This document shows positions 1-12,808 of a stretch of DNA of 64,000 bases, one piece after another. The notes under the pieces are model-generated. The model made no database searches. It had not been told where the DNA came from and saw only the letters and a list, made by a program, of their open reading frames with translations. This DNA comes from the human T2T-CHM13v2.0 reference genome, Homo sapiens. The stretch lies in NCBI RefSeq assembly GCF_009914755.1, contig NC_060928.1, one strand, 5' to 3'. The stretch's first letter is position 1. Each line of letters begins with the position of its first letter. A program made the translations under genes and the position numbers.

Positions 1-794
1 ACTCTTGGTTTTTTAGGAATCCAATGAACATTATTCTCATCACATCCTATAATTGTGAAACAGTGTGAATGTTTAAAATGCTAGCAGTATATGATTAAAA
101 ATAAACAAAAGTACAGATGTAATAACTTGAAAATGATGAGAAAAAATGATGTATGATACATATATACAGGGGATACATGTTACTGATTATACAATTCCTC
201 TGAGATTTCTTCTTGAGGATTGATGATGGAAGCAAGGGTTTTCTGCTCAAAAAGATGAAAGCTTAAAAGAATAAAACACATTCTGACTCTAATGTGTCAT
301 GAACTCACCCACAGAATACAGAAAGTATACCTCAGACTTCTCCATTCAAGGGCATTTTTTGCTATAAAAATAAATGAACCTTTTTTTTAAAATTCCAAAA
401 ATGGTAAATAAATTTTACCACCAATATATAGCATTCCTCATATAGAACTTGGTTGCAGAACCAAGCCAATATTCAGGAAAGTGTCCTCAGAAATAGCTAA
501 AGCTTGGATCATTAAATAATTTTGTACAGAGGAAATTATATGCAAGTACATAAAAGTCCTGGTCTCTTTATGGAAGGAATTTCTCAATGCTAGAGGTTTG
601 GGGTTTTTCAAATTAAAAACTTCCAGATGCTTAACATGTATGGTAGTACTAAGTCACACTTGTCAGACTTGCTGCTTAAAATCCTGGGAAATTGTCAGTA
701 TGTCTATAGGGGTTGGGAAGGAAATTTAGGAAATACAGTTTGTTTAGTTAAGTCTCTTTTTTTGTAGTTTATAATAGCTTTGGTTGGCATGTAT

Positions 795-1000
795 CAGGGG
801 CGTCCAATCTTTTGGCTTCCCTGGGCCACATTGGAAGAATTGTCTTGGACCACACATTAACATTAATGATAGCCAATGAGAAAAAAAAATTGCAAAAAGA
901 CTCATAATGTTTTAAGAAAGTTTACGAATTTGTGTTGGACTACATTCAAAGCCATCCTGGGCCACATGCAGCCTGCAGGGACATGGGTTGGACAAGCTTG
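795..1000 (+). mobile_element. MER30 hAT-Charlie MITE
   Basis: Begins CAGGGGCGTCCAATCTTTTGGCTTCCCTGGGCCAC and ends GGTTGGACAAGCTTG, as in the recalled MER30 consensus. Degenerate 8-bp TSD gcatgtat/gcctatat. Confidence 0.9.
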
Positions 1001-2186
1001 GCCTATATGGTCTTTCCAGCCTTTCTTACTTGTTCAACTTTCCTATCTTTGTTGCTTTACTGATAGTCTTTTTGCAGAAGACAAAGTAACCAGTTAAAAA
1101 AGAAGTCATTTTCTCTTCCAGTCTTCCTTGAAGTCCATACTTTGAGACTGTGTATTAAAGAGAAAATAAATTGCTCATCAACACTTGATAACTTGTAGAA
1201 CTGCTGTGTCATTCTGTGTCCTACCAGACAAGTGACGAAGGTGCTTCACTTAGCCAAACAACTGTCCACAGCTAGCTACTCATACAGTAAACAGTGCTGC
1301 TGATGACAGTGGGCATTCATTTCAATGCGAGGTAGAGTATTGTCTTTCAAATTTTCTTTTGCAGTACTTATTACAGTACGATTGCAGCCAGATTTATACT
1401 TTCTATGTGAAATGTATTGTATATCTTGCTCACTATTGGCTAAAATCCTGTTAATTCCTAGAGACTTCTTCCTAGTACTACTTATGTGCAATTCATGTAT
1501 TCTCATTGTGCCATCAATTTAAATTTCAATATACAAACATCATCATTTTTATACACAACCAAAAATCAAATCAAGTAAGAAAGTCTCAGAGATCTTAGAA
1601 GTATCTTTAGAAGATCCTAGAAGTCTTATAACGTATATTTTCTATAAATAACATAATTTAGGGGAGAGTTATTTTTCATATACTACCTTGTGGACTAAAT
1701 ATTAACTATTCATCAAAAAATCAAGTGCTTTAAGTAAATACATTTTAAAAGAATGAATTGCTGTAACTTGGTAATAAAGCTCCATATGAATATCTAGAAT
1801 TAAAAAATAAGTAAAAATATAAGGGAAGAAATTTGAAGAAACACAGAAAATTGTCATTAAAAGAACAAGAACAATATTGTCACTTGAAGTCTTAAAAAAT
1901 AAGTGACTTTAAGAAAAAGGATGAAGTGAGATGTAGATTTTTCTAACGAACAGTACCATGCTCAGTTACACAGTGCATTTACCCAGCTTTCCTGTGACAC
2001 TATTATTACATCAGCTTCCTTGCTAGAATACTCTGACCCATTAAAGAGATGATATTATATGAATAGTCACTTTTAGACTTTAATTTGAATACATAATTTT
2101 ACTACCATCATCTAGTCATGCTTACAGTACAGTATTTCAAAGATCACTTCTGTGTTGACAAGTGTAAGTCCTCTGGGGCTTGGACT

Positions 2187-2432
2187 TGCATTAATTTTCT
2201 AATAGTGTCCTATGGAGTCCTAAGGTTCTTTGGAGATGCCTCAGGGGCCAGCATCGGGGAGAGAGGTGGGCAGCAGAAAGAAAGCATGGAGGCTATTGGC
2301 TTCTGCCTGCTCTAGTCTCTGAGGTCAATCAGTGTAGCTAACATTGCTTCCAATTTCATATTATGGGGTTTCTCATATAATTTCATTTTTAAAAAAGGTT
2401 CAGCCTTTTAAAGAAATGTTATAAAATCCCTG
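2187..2432. mobile_element. Old hAT-type MER fragment (MER112-like), approximate bounds
   Basis: ggagtcctaaggttc...gcctcagggg and the ...aaatgttataaaatccctg end resemble MER112-type elements; highly diverged. Confidence 0.35.
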
Positions 2433-5400
2433 TACTAATTAATCTCCGAGATTTGTATTAGTTTTAATATGTTATGGCTCACAAAGTTCTCAGAGAAAAT
2501 GTTTAAAAGGCATGGGGATGAGAATAGTAATGCATGGAAAGAGATGCACCATATTAAAAGCCTCAACCCACATTTTCAGATCTTCATCATAAACATCTTG
2601 CTGTTTTACAGAGAACTTTCTATAGAGAGCTCTACGATGAGCCCTAGAGATACATAGATACAAACCAGAGCCCCTGCCAAGGAGTTCACAAGTGAGATTA
2701 GTAATACAGCTGTACCATGAGACCGCTTATCTGGGAAGAGACTGTAAGTATATCTATGGGGGTTTGGAGAGCCCGTAAGTGACACTGGTAGTAGAACAGA
2801 ATTATACCATGAGACCACTTACCAGTTAGCATGTGTCAGGATCTGCCCACAAAAGTCACTGGATCCTTGACCCACTTAACCCACTTGATTCCCAATCAAG
2901 TTGATAACCATCCTGAGAAAAGCAGTTATTTAAGAAGCATTTTTCCATTTGAACATCATCTGCTCTGACCTTGTGCCCTAATTCTTTCAGTAAAAAATGA
3001 TTTTTAGTGTTCCAAAGTTCACTTAGGAGCCCTAGAACCGGCCAGCATTTCTGGCATGACTTTAAAGTAAAAGCATTGGTTTTTGAATGTGGTTTGTGGA
3101 AATCACTTTCATCTTATGATCATATCATATATTATCTTAAAATGCCAGCTGGAATCTGGAGTCCCTGAGATGACAAATTGGGGTTTCATAATTCCTGGAA
3201 GGGTAATACAAACAACTTAACCTTTGACAGCTCCCAGCATTGACCTAAGACATCAGAATGCTAAGAAATGGATCAATTTTCCTGACATATTTCACTGTAG
3301 CATCTTAAAGATCAAAAATGGAGGTATAATACAAAGCTATAACAGAGAATTCCTCTGGCTCCCTAACTATTGTCCAGAATTATATAACAATAAGAACTCT
3401 AAAATATCAAGCTTTCTAAGTATGATGATAAAGAAATATGATTCTGAGAGCTAAGGGGATAAAGGGGGCTTTTTCCTCCCCTCTTTTACTCTCCTTACAC
3501 GTGAACTCTTTGGTAAACAAGGGAAAAAATAGACTTTACCCCTTCCCTGACCAGCTACTTTTAGTTAGACAGATTCTGACTCTCAATATTACCATAATGT
3601 ACAAACTAGAGCTGGCTACAATTCATACAATTTACTCAGCCACTTAGCCTAAATGTGAAAATTGTGTTTTAAAATGTGCTGACCACACTTCAAATACAAG
3701 AATAAAAACATTGTGTACATAAACCAGGAAACTAGAGCTCCTAAAATCTAAATGATTAACACGCAAATGAACAGACATAGTCTTGGTATTCATGACAAAT
3801 AAGGTCTACATCTACTAAATATGACTTTATAGCAAAAAGATGAATTTAGCAACAAGACTAAATAACACAATATGAAGAAAAATAAAAAATGCGCTTCAAA
3901 TCTCATATTATGTGGCAACTTAACATTGAAATGAAGACTCCAGATGACATTATGTCAAAAGCATGACAGTGATTCCAAATGATTCTGGATTTTGAGAAAT
4001 TCCAAAATGTAAGTACAAAATCCTCAACAGGTAAGTTCAATTACATTTAGTTCATTTATTCTATCTACTGGGACACTAGCTTAAACTTCATATCTGTGAA
4101 TTTATCTACTAAATGAACTATTTGACTAATATAAATGTGAAATCTACTAGATGCTTTTAAATATCTTAAAGCTGATAGGACACTAGAGTTTTCAAATATA
4201 GGTGGAAGAAATTCCTTGCTTCCTCCATGAATCTTTTTCATTGCAAACAGAAGTCAAAAGATAGAAGTCAGCTAGGGGTTTAACTGGGAAGGAGGCAGAA
4301 GAGAGGAAGTACGCTATTCAGCTCAGTTCCTCCTCCTAGAGGTCACAAAGGGGAGGTGCCTGCCATCTGGTGCCATTTCCTCAATGGCTCCTTTCATTTA
4401 AATGAATCACAGAATAGTCATTTGGAGGAATATATGATGCCAATGAAAAGTGCTCAATTTTAATTTGTAAGTGATTTCCACTTACTTCTGCTTCTCACTC
4501 TTCTATACTTAACTTTTTTAAAACAGTCAATTTTAAAATAATATTTCTTAATTGCAAGATTTCTGAATAAATCCCAAATGAAGCAGTAACTATCCATGTC
4601 TAAGAATTGAGTATGTGGGCATACTACAGTAATTTTTAACACAAACCAGGGAAAAGGTGCTAAATATCATGGTGCGTTAAACCACCACATGGAACTTCAC
4701 CCATATTGGCAAACCAGGGAGGCTGGGGATGCATCTATATTTAACCATTGCACACTAGGCTATAGCCGCAGCCCGGATTGACTCATACATTGTTTTCACA
4801 TTCTCAGCTTCCTTAAAACCACCAAATAATTGTTTATAAAGTGATAGTATGAAATAAAAACCTTTTTCATGATAGGTTCTGGACGGTTTCCACTCAGGAT
4901 AACATAGATTGATGTTATTTGGATAAATGTCTTGTGAGGTTCCCTGAAACAGGAAATGCCCCCCAGGGCTGCAAAGCAGTCCTGATTCTGACATATTTCC
5001 CCATCATCTCTCCATTCACCTAATCCTGTTAGTAAGAGGATGCCCCTTCTCCATCCCTAGACCTAAGCCTGACATTCAGATACTATTTTCATTAACATCA
5101 TGTAGTTGATTTTGCACAATTACAAAGCAATCAGAAGCACAGTAGGATATTATGGCCCTGAGAGGCTTCTTATGTCTACATATAATTTGAATGAGCTAGA
5201 ATGAATTAAACTCTATGCAGAATTTGTATCCTTCTTTTAAGTAATTCCCAGCTCATGAAAAAATAGAATTATTAAGGTAAGAAAGAGAAAAGAGTAGTTT
5301 AAGAATTAGCTTCTTAAAAACTTGTAGACAAGAGAAGCTAAGAAACAAGAACATTGCTTCAAGAGGCAATTTGTCATTGGCACTTTGGGTGACTGGGCAT

Positions 5401-6569
5401 TTTTACCAGCTGTCACTCCTGGACCAACTAAAAGTGTTAGATCCACACTGTTGTACTCATTAGGACTGAAACAATTTAACATGGATGCTTGAAGGCACTC
5501 AGATGTCACATTGTATTGTTTGGCCTTATAAGAAGAGAGGAATGCCTGCTATTCTCATTTAAATAAAATTTATAGCATTTTAATTTGATTTCTTTCTGCA
5601 AACTGTTTCTGACTATGCTTTACCTTACATAATTGAAAATCTACACATTATTATCCCCTTACTTGATGCACTCTTTCCATAGATTGTGCAGTGTTAAGAT
5701 AAAAACATATAGCATAAGTGAAAAACCATGTATACTAGGAAACACAAGTTTTATGTGAGAAAGTAAATTTATGTTAGAAAGGTAATTTAAAGGTTCTTCT
5801 TATACAATGGGAAAGAGTACACAACCATCAAGCTACAGCTAACATTTATTTCCACCCAAAAATGAGAACATAGGCAACGAGGTCAGTCACCAGGGGCAAT
5901 ATCATTTGCATTTATGAATCTTGCTTGCCTATGTGAATCGCTTGCCTACATGTATTCTTATTTTGTACACCATCATTTTCATGGACTTGGAATGTATAGA
6001 GAGACCTCAGAAGTTACCTAGTGTATCTTTTTTATCTCTAGTTAAACTCTCCAAGCAAATGACTAGCTGTGTTACATTGAATGATTATCACAAATGTACA
6101 GGAGCCAGGTCCAGTGGTACTGTTCAGTAAGCCAGACAAAAAGTTTCTCTCCTTATTCAACCTAACTCTCCCTATTTTCAGGAGAAAAGTAGAAGAATAA
6201 GCCATCATCCTCCTGTCTACAACAACCCTTTATATATTAAAAGTGCCTTTTTTTGTTTCACATGGGGTAAGTATACCAGGTATCAGTGTACCTCTATCTG
6301 TTCATAAATTCTTGGAGACCTAAAAGGCAAATCAGCTTTTTATCCATTGCTAGAGTTTTTATTTTCATCGGAAACCAGATTTTCTCTATTGTGAAATTCT
6401 AGAAAAGAATTATACTTTTTTCTTTATTTTCCCCAGAGAAAAGAAAAATAAAATCTTTGGGTTTACAAAAATGGAAGAGATTTTAGTCATCTGCCCCAAA
6501 GCACACTATACTTTTTCTTGGTTGCACTTGTCATACCTGTACATTCACATCATTTTTAAAGATTTGTCT

Positions 6570-6860
6570 GTCATCCTCATCAAAATGTAAGCTTCTTGAG
6601 GGAAGATACCAAGTCTGCCTTGTACATCAACATTTTCCCAATGTCTAGCACAGTATTTGGCATACAGCAGCCTTTTCATTTAACCTGAAGAACTGACAAA
6701 TGCCCTTCAAAATCATTCTTGTCCAGCACTCCTATTTTGGAGATATGAAAATAGAAACTCTAAGAGGTGTTCTTGGAAATGACTTCCCAAAATTGCATAA
6801 TAAGTTAATGACAAAGCCAGGATTAGAACTTTGGATTCTTTATTCCGCATCCACATTCTT
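6570..6860. mobile_element. L2 3' fragment followed by MIR fragment (approximate)
   Basis: aaaatgtaagcttcttgaggg...tctagcacagtatttggcatacagcag is an L2 tail motif; gacttcccaaa...ccaggattagaac is MIR-like. Confidence 0.55.
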
Positions 6861-7739
6861 CGTTCATTACACCACAGAGGTTCTTATACCTAATATCCTG
6901 GGCAGGCAACACTACTGATGAGTAAGATACAGAAATCTTTGTAATCTACACATCTTTTGGTTGGCTGCCTGGTTCCCAATGTTCTTTATCAGTTGAAACA
7001 TAAAAACCTTCTCATAGATATGCCTGGTTTATGCATATTTTATATAGGACTCCAAGAACAGAACCCAAAACTAAATTCTACAGCCATAGCAAAGAGCCAA
7101 CTTATTCTTTCCAATTAGAGTTGAATTTTACAGAGGCCAAGCCACAGATGCCAGCTGAATTTCTCTGGTTTGGTTACTGCTAAACCAAATATTCTGCTAA
7201 ACACAGCTTCAATTTGTATGGAAATTTTAAGATTATTATTTTTAAAATTATCATTTTGGGTTTCTTTAAACCAAATATTTTTTAAAATAGAGCTTTTCTG
7301 ACTGCATGAAAGAAATAAATGCAAGTTTCCCAGGGTGACAAGATGATCTAAAACTGGATTGTGGTGATGGCTGCCCAACTCTATTAATCTGTTTTAAAAA
7401 TCTTAAAATAGGTAAATATTAAAAATTTTACTGCAATAGGCTATTTAAAATTGAAAAGGAGTCACATAATTAAGCTACTTCTTTTTGTAAACATCTGGTA
7501 TTAAAACTGTAAAGATATTTTTTAATATCCCCATGGTCTTTTAAGCCCAGGTCCTATCCACTTCAATCATGGTTTACCTAAAAGGTCAAAAGTTTTCCCT
7601 GCAATTTTTGTAAGAATAATTTAGGAGACTTATATAAATATCAAAAAAGAACCAATCTTTATTTATATAGCACCAAGAAATACTGACTAGTATGATTATC
7701 TCATGAATAATCTACAGATACATTTGTTTAATTAAGTAC

Positions 7740-7980
7740 AGTGTTCTAGTCCAAACCTGCCATTAATTAGCCACTGGGTTTTTAGCAAATTATACAACAT
7801 CTCCAGGTCTCAGTTTTCCCACCTATTTCATGTGTCTCTGTAGATCACAGCAGAGCTAAGTAGCATATAATATACTAAAAAGAATAGTAATTACTATTGT
7901 CTAATGGATAGCCACTAATATACCAGACTATTTAGGTAAACTATTACCCTAAGGAAGGTATTATTAGTCTTTTTTCCTTT

Positions 7981-8013
<33 letters not shown>

Positions 8014-8300
8014 CGATGAGGAAATTAGAACATAGGGAAGTTCATTAGTTTGACCAATGTACACAGCTATTTAGTACTAGATCCAGGATTCCAATCCGGA
8101 ATTATCCAGGTCCAAAACCTATACTTATTCTCTATTCCTTGGTAGACTGGGCTTTTAGTTCTATCAGATGTGGGCATGAATCCTGACTTTGCCTTTACCA
8201 TGTTAAGTTAATCATCTTCTCTGAGTCTCAGTTTCCTCATCTGTAAAATGAGACTGCTAATACTTCAGTCAGGGTCATTGTGAAAATTAAATTAGAGAGT
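7740..8300. mobile_element. Cluster of MIR fragments (approximate)
   Basis: MIR core motifs tctcagttttccc, gatgaggaaattaga and ctgagtctcagtttcctcatctgtaaaatgag. Confidence 0.6.
7983..8011. repeat. Poly(T) tract of 29 nt
   Basis: Direct read of the sequence. Confidence 0.95.
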
Positions 8301-10702
8301 ACATCCCCTGCCATTAGAAGCCATTTTTAAAAAATTGTCCTTTTCATCTCTCTCTCACAGAGGTTCCTTTTTGTGCATAAAAATATATCTATAAATTCTA
8401 TGATTACCCTTAGAGCCTACCTGAATAAACCTCACTGGGACTGAGTTCTATCAAAAGAAATGAGTGAACACAAACAACACATCATTGCTTCTTTGCTATC
8501 AGTCCTTGGCTCTGTGACTAAAACTGTTAACAAGAGTGTTAACTTCAAGGGGTGGGCATCTGTCCACAGGAACTGAGCTGAGGTCACAGACTTGTCTCAC
8601 TCTGCCCTACAAACAGATGTCTAGGTGACAACTCTTAGTCACTGCAAACCAGGGCTAGAGCCAAACCAGGTGGAAGTGCTGAATCTCTTTTCTAATCCTC
8701 TTGGTCAGCCCATTCATTCCCTAAGACAACTCCTCACTGGCCGTATTAGAAATAAATAGTTTTCCCCAAGATATTATTTTCAACGTAATGTCCTTATTTT
8801 GATGATGTCTGATTATTCCTCAAGCAAAAGGGAGTATTTCCATAATAGCAGTTTGTCAGCAAGAAACCTGCTTGATTCTGCATATTAGAATGCACACCTT
8901 CAAATGTTTACCTTGGAAGCTGCCAGGTAAAAACTGATGTAATGTGGAGCTCTGGTGGTGGCAAGAGGTAAAGCAGCTATTAGTGGGAGCCAACAAAAAA
9001 GCCTAGGAAATCTCCATTTATTATTACGTTCACATGCTAAGATGAAAAATGGTCCAAAATAATCTAAGATAATATACAGTAAATTTTAAATGTAATAGAT
9101 TTCTTTTAGATTGCAAGTTAGACTTCAGTAGCTAGCCTACATTAAACATCACGAAACAATTATATCTTCTCAAAAAATAGAACTCAATGTTGTGGTTGTC
9201 ACTTTTCTATTTTTACTAAGTTTATTAAGAATTCTATTAATTAAGCACTAGCTATTTTTCACAGAGCTAGTAAGAATATTGTATACAAAAAAATGCTGGA
9301 CTCTACGTGGTATGATCAGTGAAGTCCTGCACCAACTGTCCTGGGAATTTAAATAATCCCTACAGGCTGATGAGGTGGTTGAGTTAATTCCCACACTAGA
9401 AAAGTGCCTTCCTTGAATATCTGACTTCTGAGATATTTTCCAACATAAAACAACTAAGAATGAGACCTACACTGTCAAAGGTTAACTCTGTTTTTCTGGT
9501 ACCTAACATATATGTCTTCTCGATCAAAAGGGCTTCATTTTAAAGATATAGCTCTATTATGTTCAAAAATTTAACAGAATATAAATAGTAAAATTTGTAT
9601 AAGGTACAACCTGGAGTTGACATTTAAAATTTCTAAATGTGGTGCCTTGTGTAGCTCTGCCAAAACAAGTTATCATGAGGGGGAAACGTTTCAGAATATG
9701 AAAAAATACAAGAACTTGCCTTTTCATATATAAGCACCTAAGTATCATGTTGCTTAATACTAAAGAAATTTTAAGAGACTCACTTTCCATGAGTGATGAT
9801 AAAAGAAACTATCATGTTCATAAATGTATTAACAATGTTTATCTGAAATAAACATCTCAACTCATGGGAGTTTTTCATGACTTACATGAGTTGAATCCAC
9901 TAGATGTTTCCAATGGCCATATTCCAAGGGCTTCTAAATTGTTAGGTCTAAGATATCTACCAAGCCCTCAAAGGTCCATGAAGGAAGATTTAATGATTAC
10001 CCAGGGGTCTTATTCATGATGTCCTTCTTCTCTGTCCTTCTACTAATATGCTGCCTTTAATATAGTTCCCTGAAGCTACACAGGAAAAAAAGGTAAAAAT
10101 ATAAGAGCCTCTTCTTCAAAAGTCACTGAGAATGCAAGAGTTTGTAATGGGAAGCTCAAGATAAAGAAATCATTTTCTTTCAGTCATCATCTCTAGCTAT
10201 AGGATAGGAGATGGAATCTTTTTAATAGAACAGAAACAGCAGGAAAGGAAGTGAAGGTGGTTTACTAACATAAACGTATGCCAAAGGGAATAAACCAAAA
10301 CAAAAAAAAAAAAAAACTCTGCACTAACACAATAAGAGCGAGCCAGGAATTCAGAATCTAACAGTTCTACAGTCCTTTTCACTGTAGACATTAAGACAAT
10401 TTAATTGAAGAATATTTTTCAATCTGTGAATCTAAGAAGTTTGTCCTTGTACATCACCTTGCCTATATTTTCTTTGGTGATTATATCCTTTGCTTTCCCA
10501 TAACAGGCCTTGGTATGCTGCTTAAAATAATATTTGGGGCTTTATTTGCCATCCTTTTGAATGAGACATGTTGATTTTATTAAAGCAAGTTGGGTCTGCA
10601 TTCTTTCTTTACTATTATTACAGGTAGACTTGACAGACACAGGACCTTTGTTTTAAAATGCTCTGCTCTGGAGGAAACCTTGTTAAATAAGTTCCATTTT
10701 AC

Positions 10703-10772
10703 CTGCTGGGCAGTTACATTCTGAAGGTGCTTCTCTTGCGATTCTTATTTTAGCCATATGTTCATAGGATTT
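10703..10772 (-). CDS. COL25A1: Collagen XXV alpha-1, second coding exon (exon 3, 70 nt): KSYEHMAKIRIAREAPSECNCPA(G)
   Basis: Acceptor ctcttcttttcctacag| and donor CAG|gtaaaa. Continues exon 2 in phase 0 and encodes the furin site KIRIAR and the CNCP motif preceding the first collagenous domain. Not present in the ORF track. Confidence 0.96.
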
Positions 10773-11842
10773 CTGTAGGAAAAGAAGAGTTATTAATAAT
10801 CATCAGTAGCACTGTAGAGGGATGGAGTCTTTAGGGACTCTGGCCATACGCCTGATTTACCGGCATTTCATAACCTGCATAACTAACATTTACATATGTA
10901 CTTGGACTCTAGTCAAGAAAGTAACCATGCCTAAGTCCTAAAAAAAGAAAATGACCACTGATAGGGTATCAAGATTGCTGGACTTGTATAACATCTTTCT
11001 CCATTCTTCTCTACCACCACTCTCTCCCTCAGCTCAAGCATATGCAGTCAATGTAAAAACCTAGCACTAAAATGTTGCAGTATTAGGTAAGCTGTGGCTT
11101 ACCAATAACAGCCAATATTTTATACATGAAGGTCAACTGCTTTATTTATCATGCTAGGCTGCAACTACTGCCAAATAGGCTCCCGGCTAGGGTAAGGTTC
11201 CAGAAAACCCCCTTACTCTAGTCTAAAGGTACCCTTACACATAACATAGATTCCTCTCAACTCTCAATTCCAAGGGCTCTGCATTCATAAATACCCCGGC
11301 ACTGCATCCTTTACCAAAAATAAAGCTACTTTAAAAAAAAAAAGTTTAAACTTTTAATATGAAAAGATTCAACGTGTGAAATTATTGATTTTAAATTATA
11401 TATGACATTATTTTACATTTAAGAGTGATTACCTTTTTTATATATTAATAACATCTATGACCCTAACCATCTTACAACATGTAAAAGATTTAACAGATGC
11501 TATCTCTGCAAGAAATATTCTCTCCACAATTGGGTTTGACTTAGGACAACTAAAAAGAGATAAAATGCCCTTTCCGAACCCTTTTAGACCTTCCTATGTG
11601 TTTAACACGCAAACATTAAGAGAGAGTGAGGGAAGATTAGAGATAGGGATGGGGACATCAAGGGATGTGCACATATAAATATATGCTACAGTGAGCATAG
11701 ATCCTTGGCCAACACATGCACGCGCGCGCACACACACAGCCACACCAAGTATGGGTACAGTAAGGGTAGCGGCTAGTCATGCACACAGAGTCACGCTTGT
11801 ACAAGATGTTACCCACGTGCAAAATACCCCAGCCTCTCACAC

Positions 11843-12139
11843 CTGAGCCAGAAGTCGCTCCACTTTCTCTTGCACCATAGTCTTGAGGTGATCCAGGGTA
11901 TCAGGCAGCAGATGAATGGAAGGGGCCCCTTTGGCGGATTCGAGAGCGGCGATCCTCGCCTGGAGGTCGTTGGTTTTCACACCCAGGTACAGGCAAGACA
12001 CCACGGCCACCACTGACAGGAGGGCCGCCAGGACGGCACACGGGGGCATGGTCCGGGCACAATGCTGTTCGGCAGGGGTCGGGTCCTCGGATCTGGGCTC
12101 CCGGCCCCCTCCTTTCCCTGCGTGCTTCTTCAGCAGCAT
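11843..12139 (-). CDS. COL25A1: Collagen XXV alpha-1 (CLAC-P), first coding exon, 99 codons: cytoplasmic tail, type II transmembrane helix, coiled coil
   Basis: MLLKKHAGKGGGREPRSEDPTPAEQHCARTMPPCAVLAALLSVVAVVSCLYLGVKTNDLQARIAALES...VERLLAQ matches the COL25A1 N-terminus. Kozak context GCCACGATG; donor CAG|gtgtga. Exon acceptor ttctttccttttag| places the exon start at 12195. Confidence 0.97.
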
Positions 12140-12288
12140 CGTGGCGGGGTCGGCCGTCTCGGCTTCGCTTCCCACCCTCTACACCTCAAATAATCCTAAA
12201 AGGAAAGAAAAAGGTCGATTCCTCCAAAGTTCAGTCCCTGTGGCTGCACAACTAGTTGGTGGAGTCAAGCCCACGAGCGGATACGGAC

Positions 12289-12778
12289 CCCTGCCTTGCT
12301 CAGCGTCCAGACCCGCAGGCGTGCACCATCCCCGCTTTCTTCTCTCCTCCCAGCTGGAAGTGAAAAGCACCCTCCGTCCGGGGACTGGGTGGCGGTGGGG
12401 TAAAAAGCAAGACGAAACCCACCCAGACAGCTCTTCCGACTCCCAGAGGACCGACACCTCTTTCGAGGGCCCCAACAGTGGCCGCTCAGGGTCCGAGGGC
12501 AACGGCCGAGGCGCCACGCGGGGCCGCGGCTCGCCCTGGCCACGGAGGACCGGACCTGTTGCGCCTCTGTGAGTTTGCCTTATTTCTACCTACTCGGTGT
12601 CTTTCGGCACGCCGACCTGTTTCCCACCTGCATTCAGTTCAAGGCAAAAAGGCTGTGAGAGCACGCTACAGCGCAGCGCGAAAGGGGCGACTAAGGTGGA
12701 GAAGAGAGAGGAAAACGAAATAAACCCAAGGAACCAATGCTACTCGCGAAGCCGAAGTCGCGGCTGCCCGAAGGATCT
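12289..12778 (-). other. COL25A1: Probable non-coding exon 1 (5' UTR) of COL25A1; start approximate
   Basis: Candidate donor GG|gtccgt at 12288 gives a 93-nt intron to the 12196 AG. The start is inferred about 25-30 nt downstream of the TATA-like box and agrees with my recollection of the gene structure. Confidence 0.6.
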
Positions 12779-12800
12779 CCGCAGCCCCGCGTGCGCGATC

Positions 12801-12808
12801 CTTAAATA
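12801..12808 (-). promoter_or_regulatory. TATA-like box (TATTTAAG)
   Basis: Isolated AT motif cttaaata within GC-rich DNA, oriented toward COL25A1. Confidence 0.6.

Noticed and set aside
1585-1630. Short degenerate tagaag repeats; similar microduplication at 5915-5950 and hairpin at 1879-1907
   Set aside because: Too short and degenerate to distinguish from background slippage in AT-rich intron.
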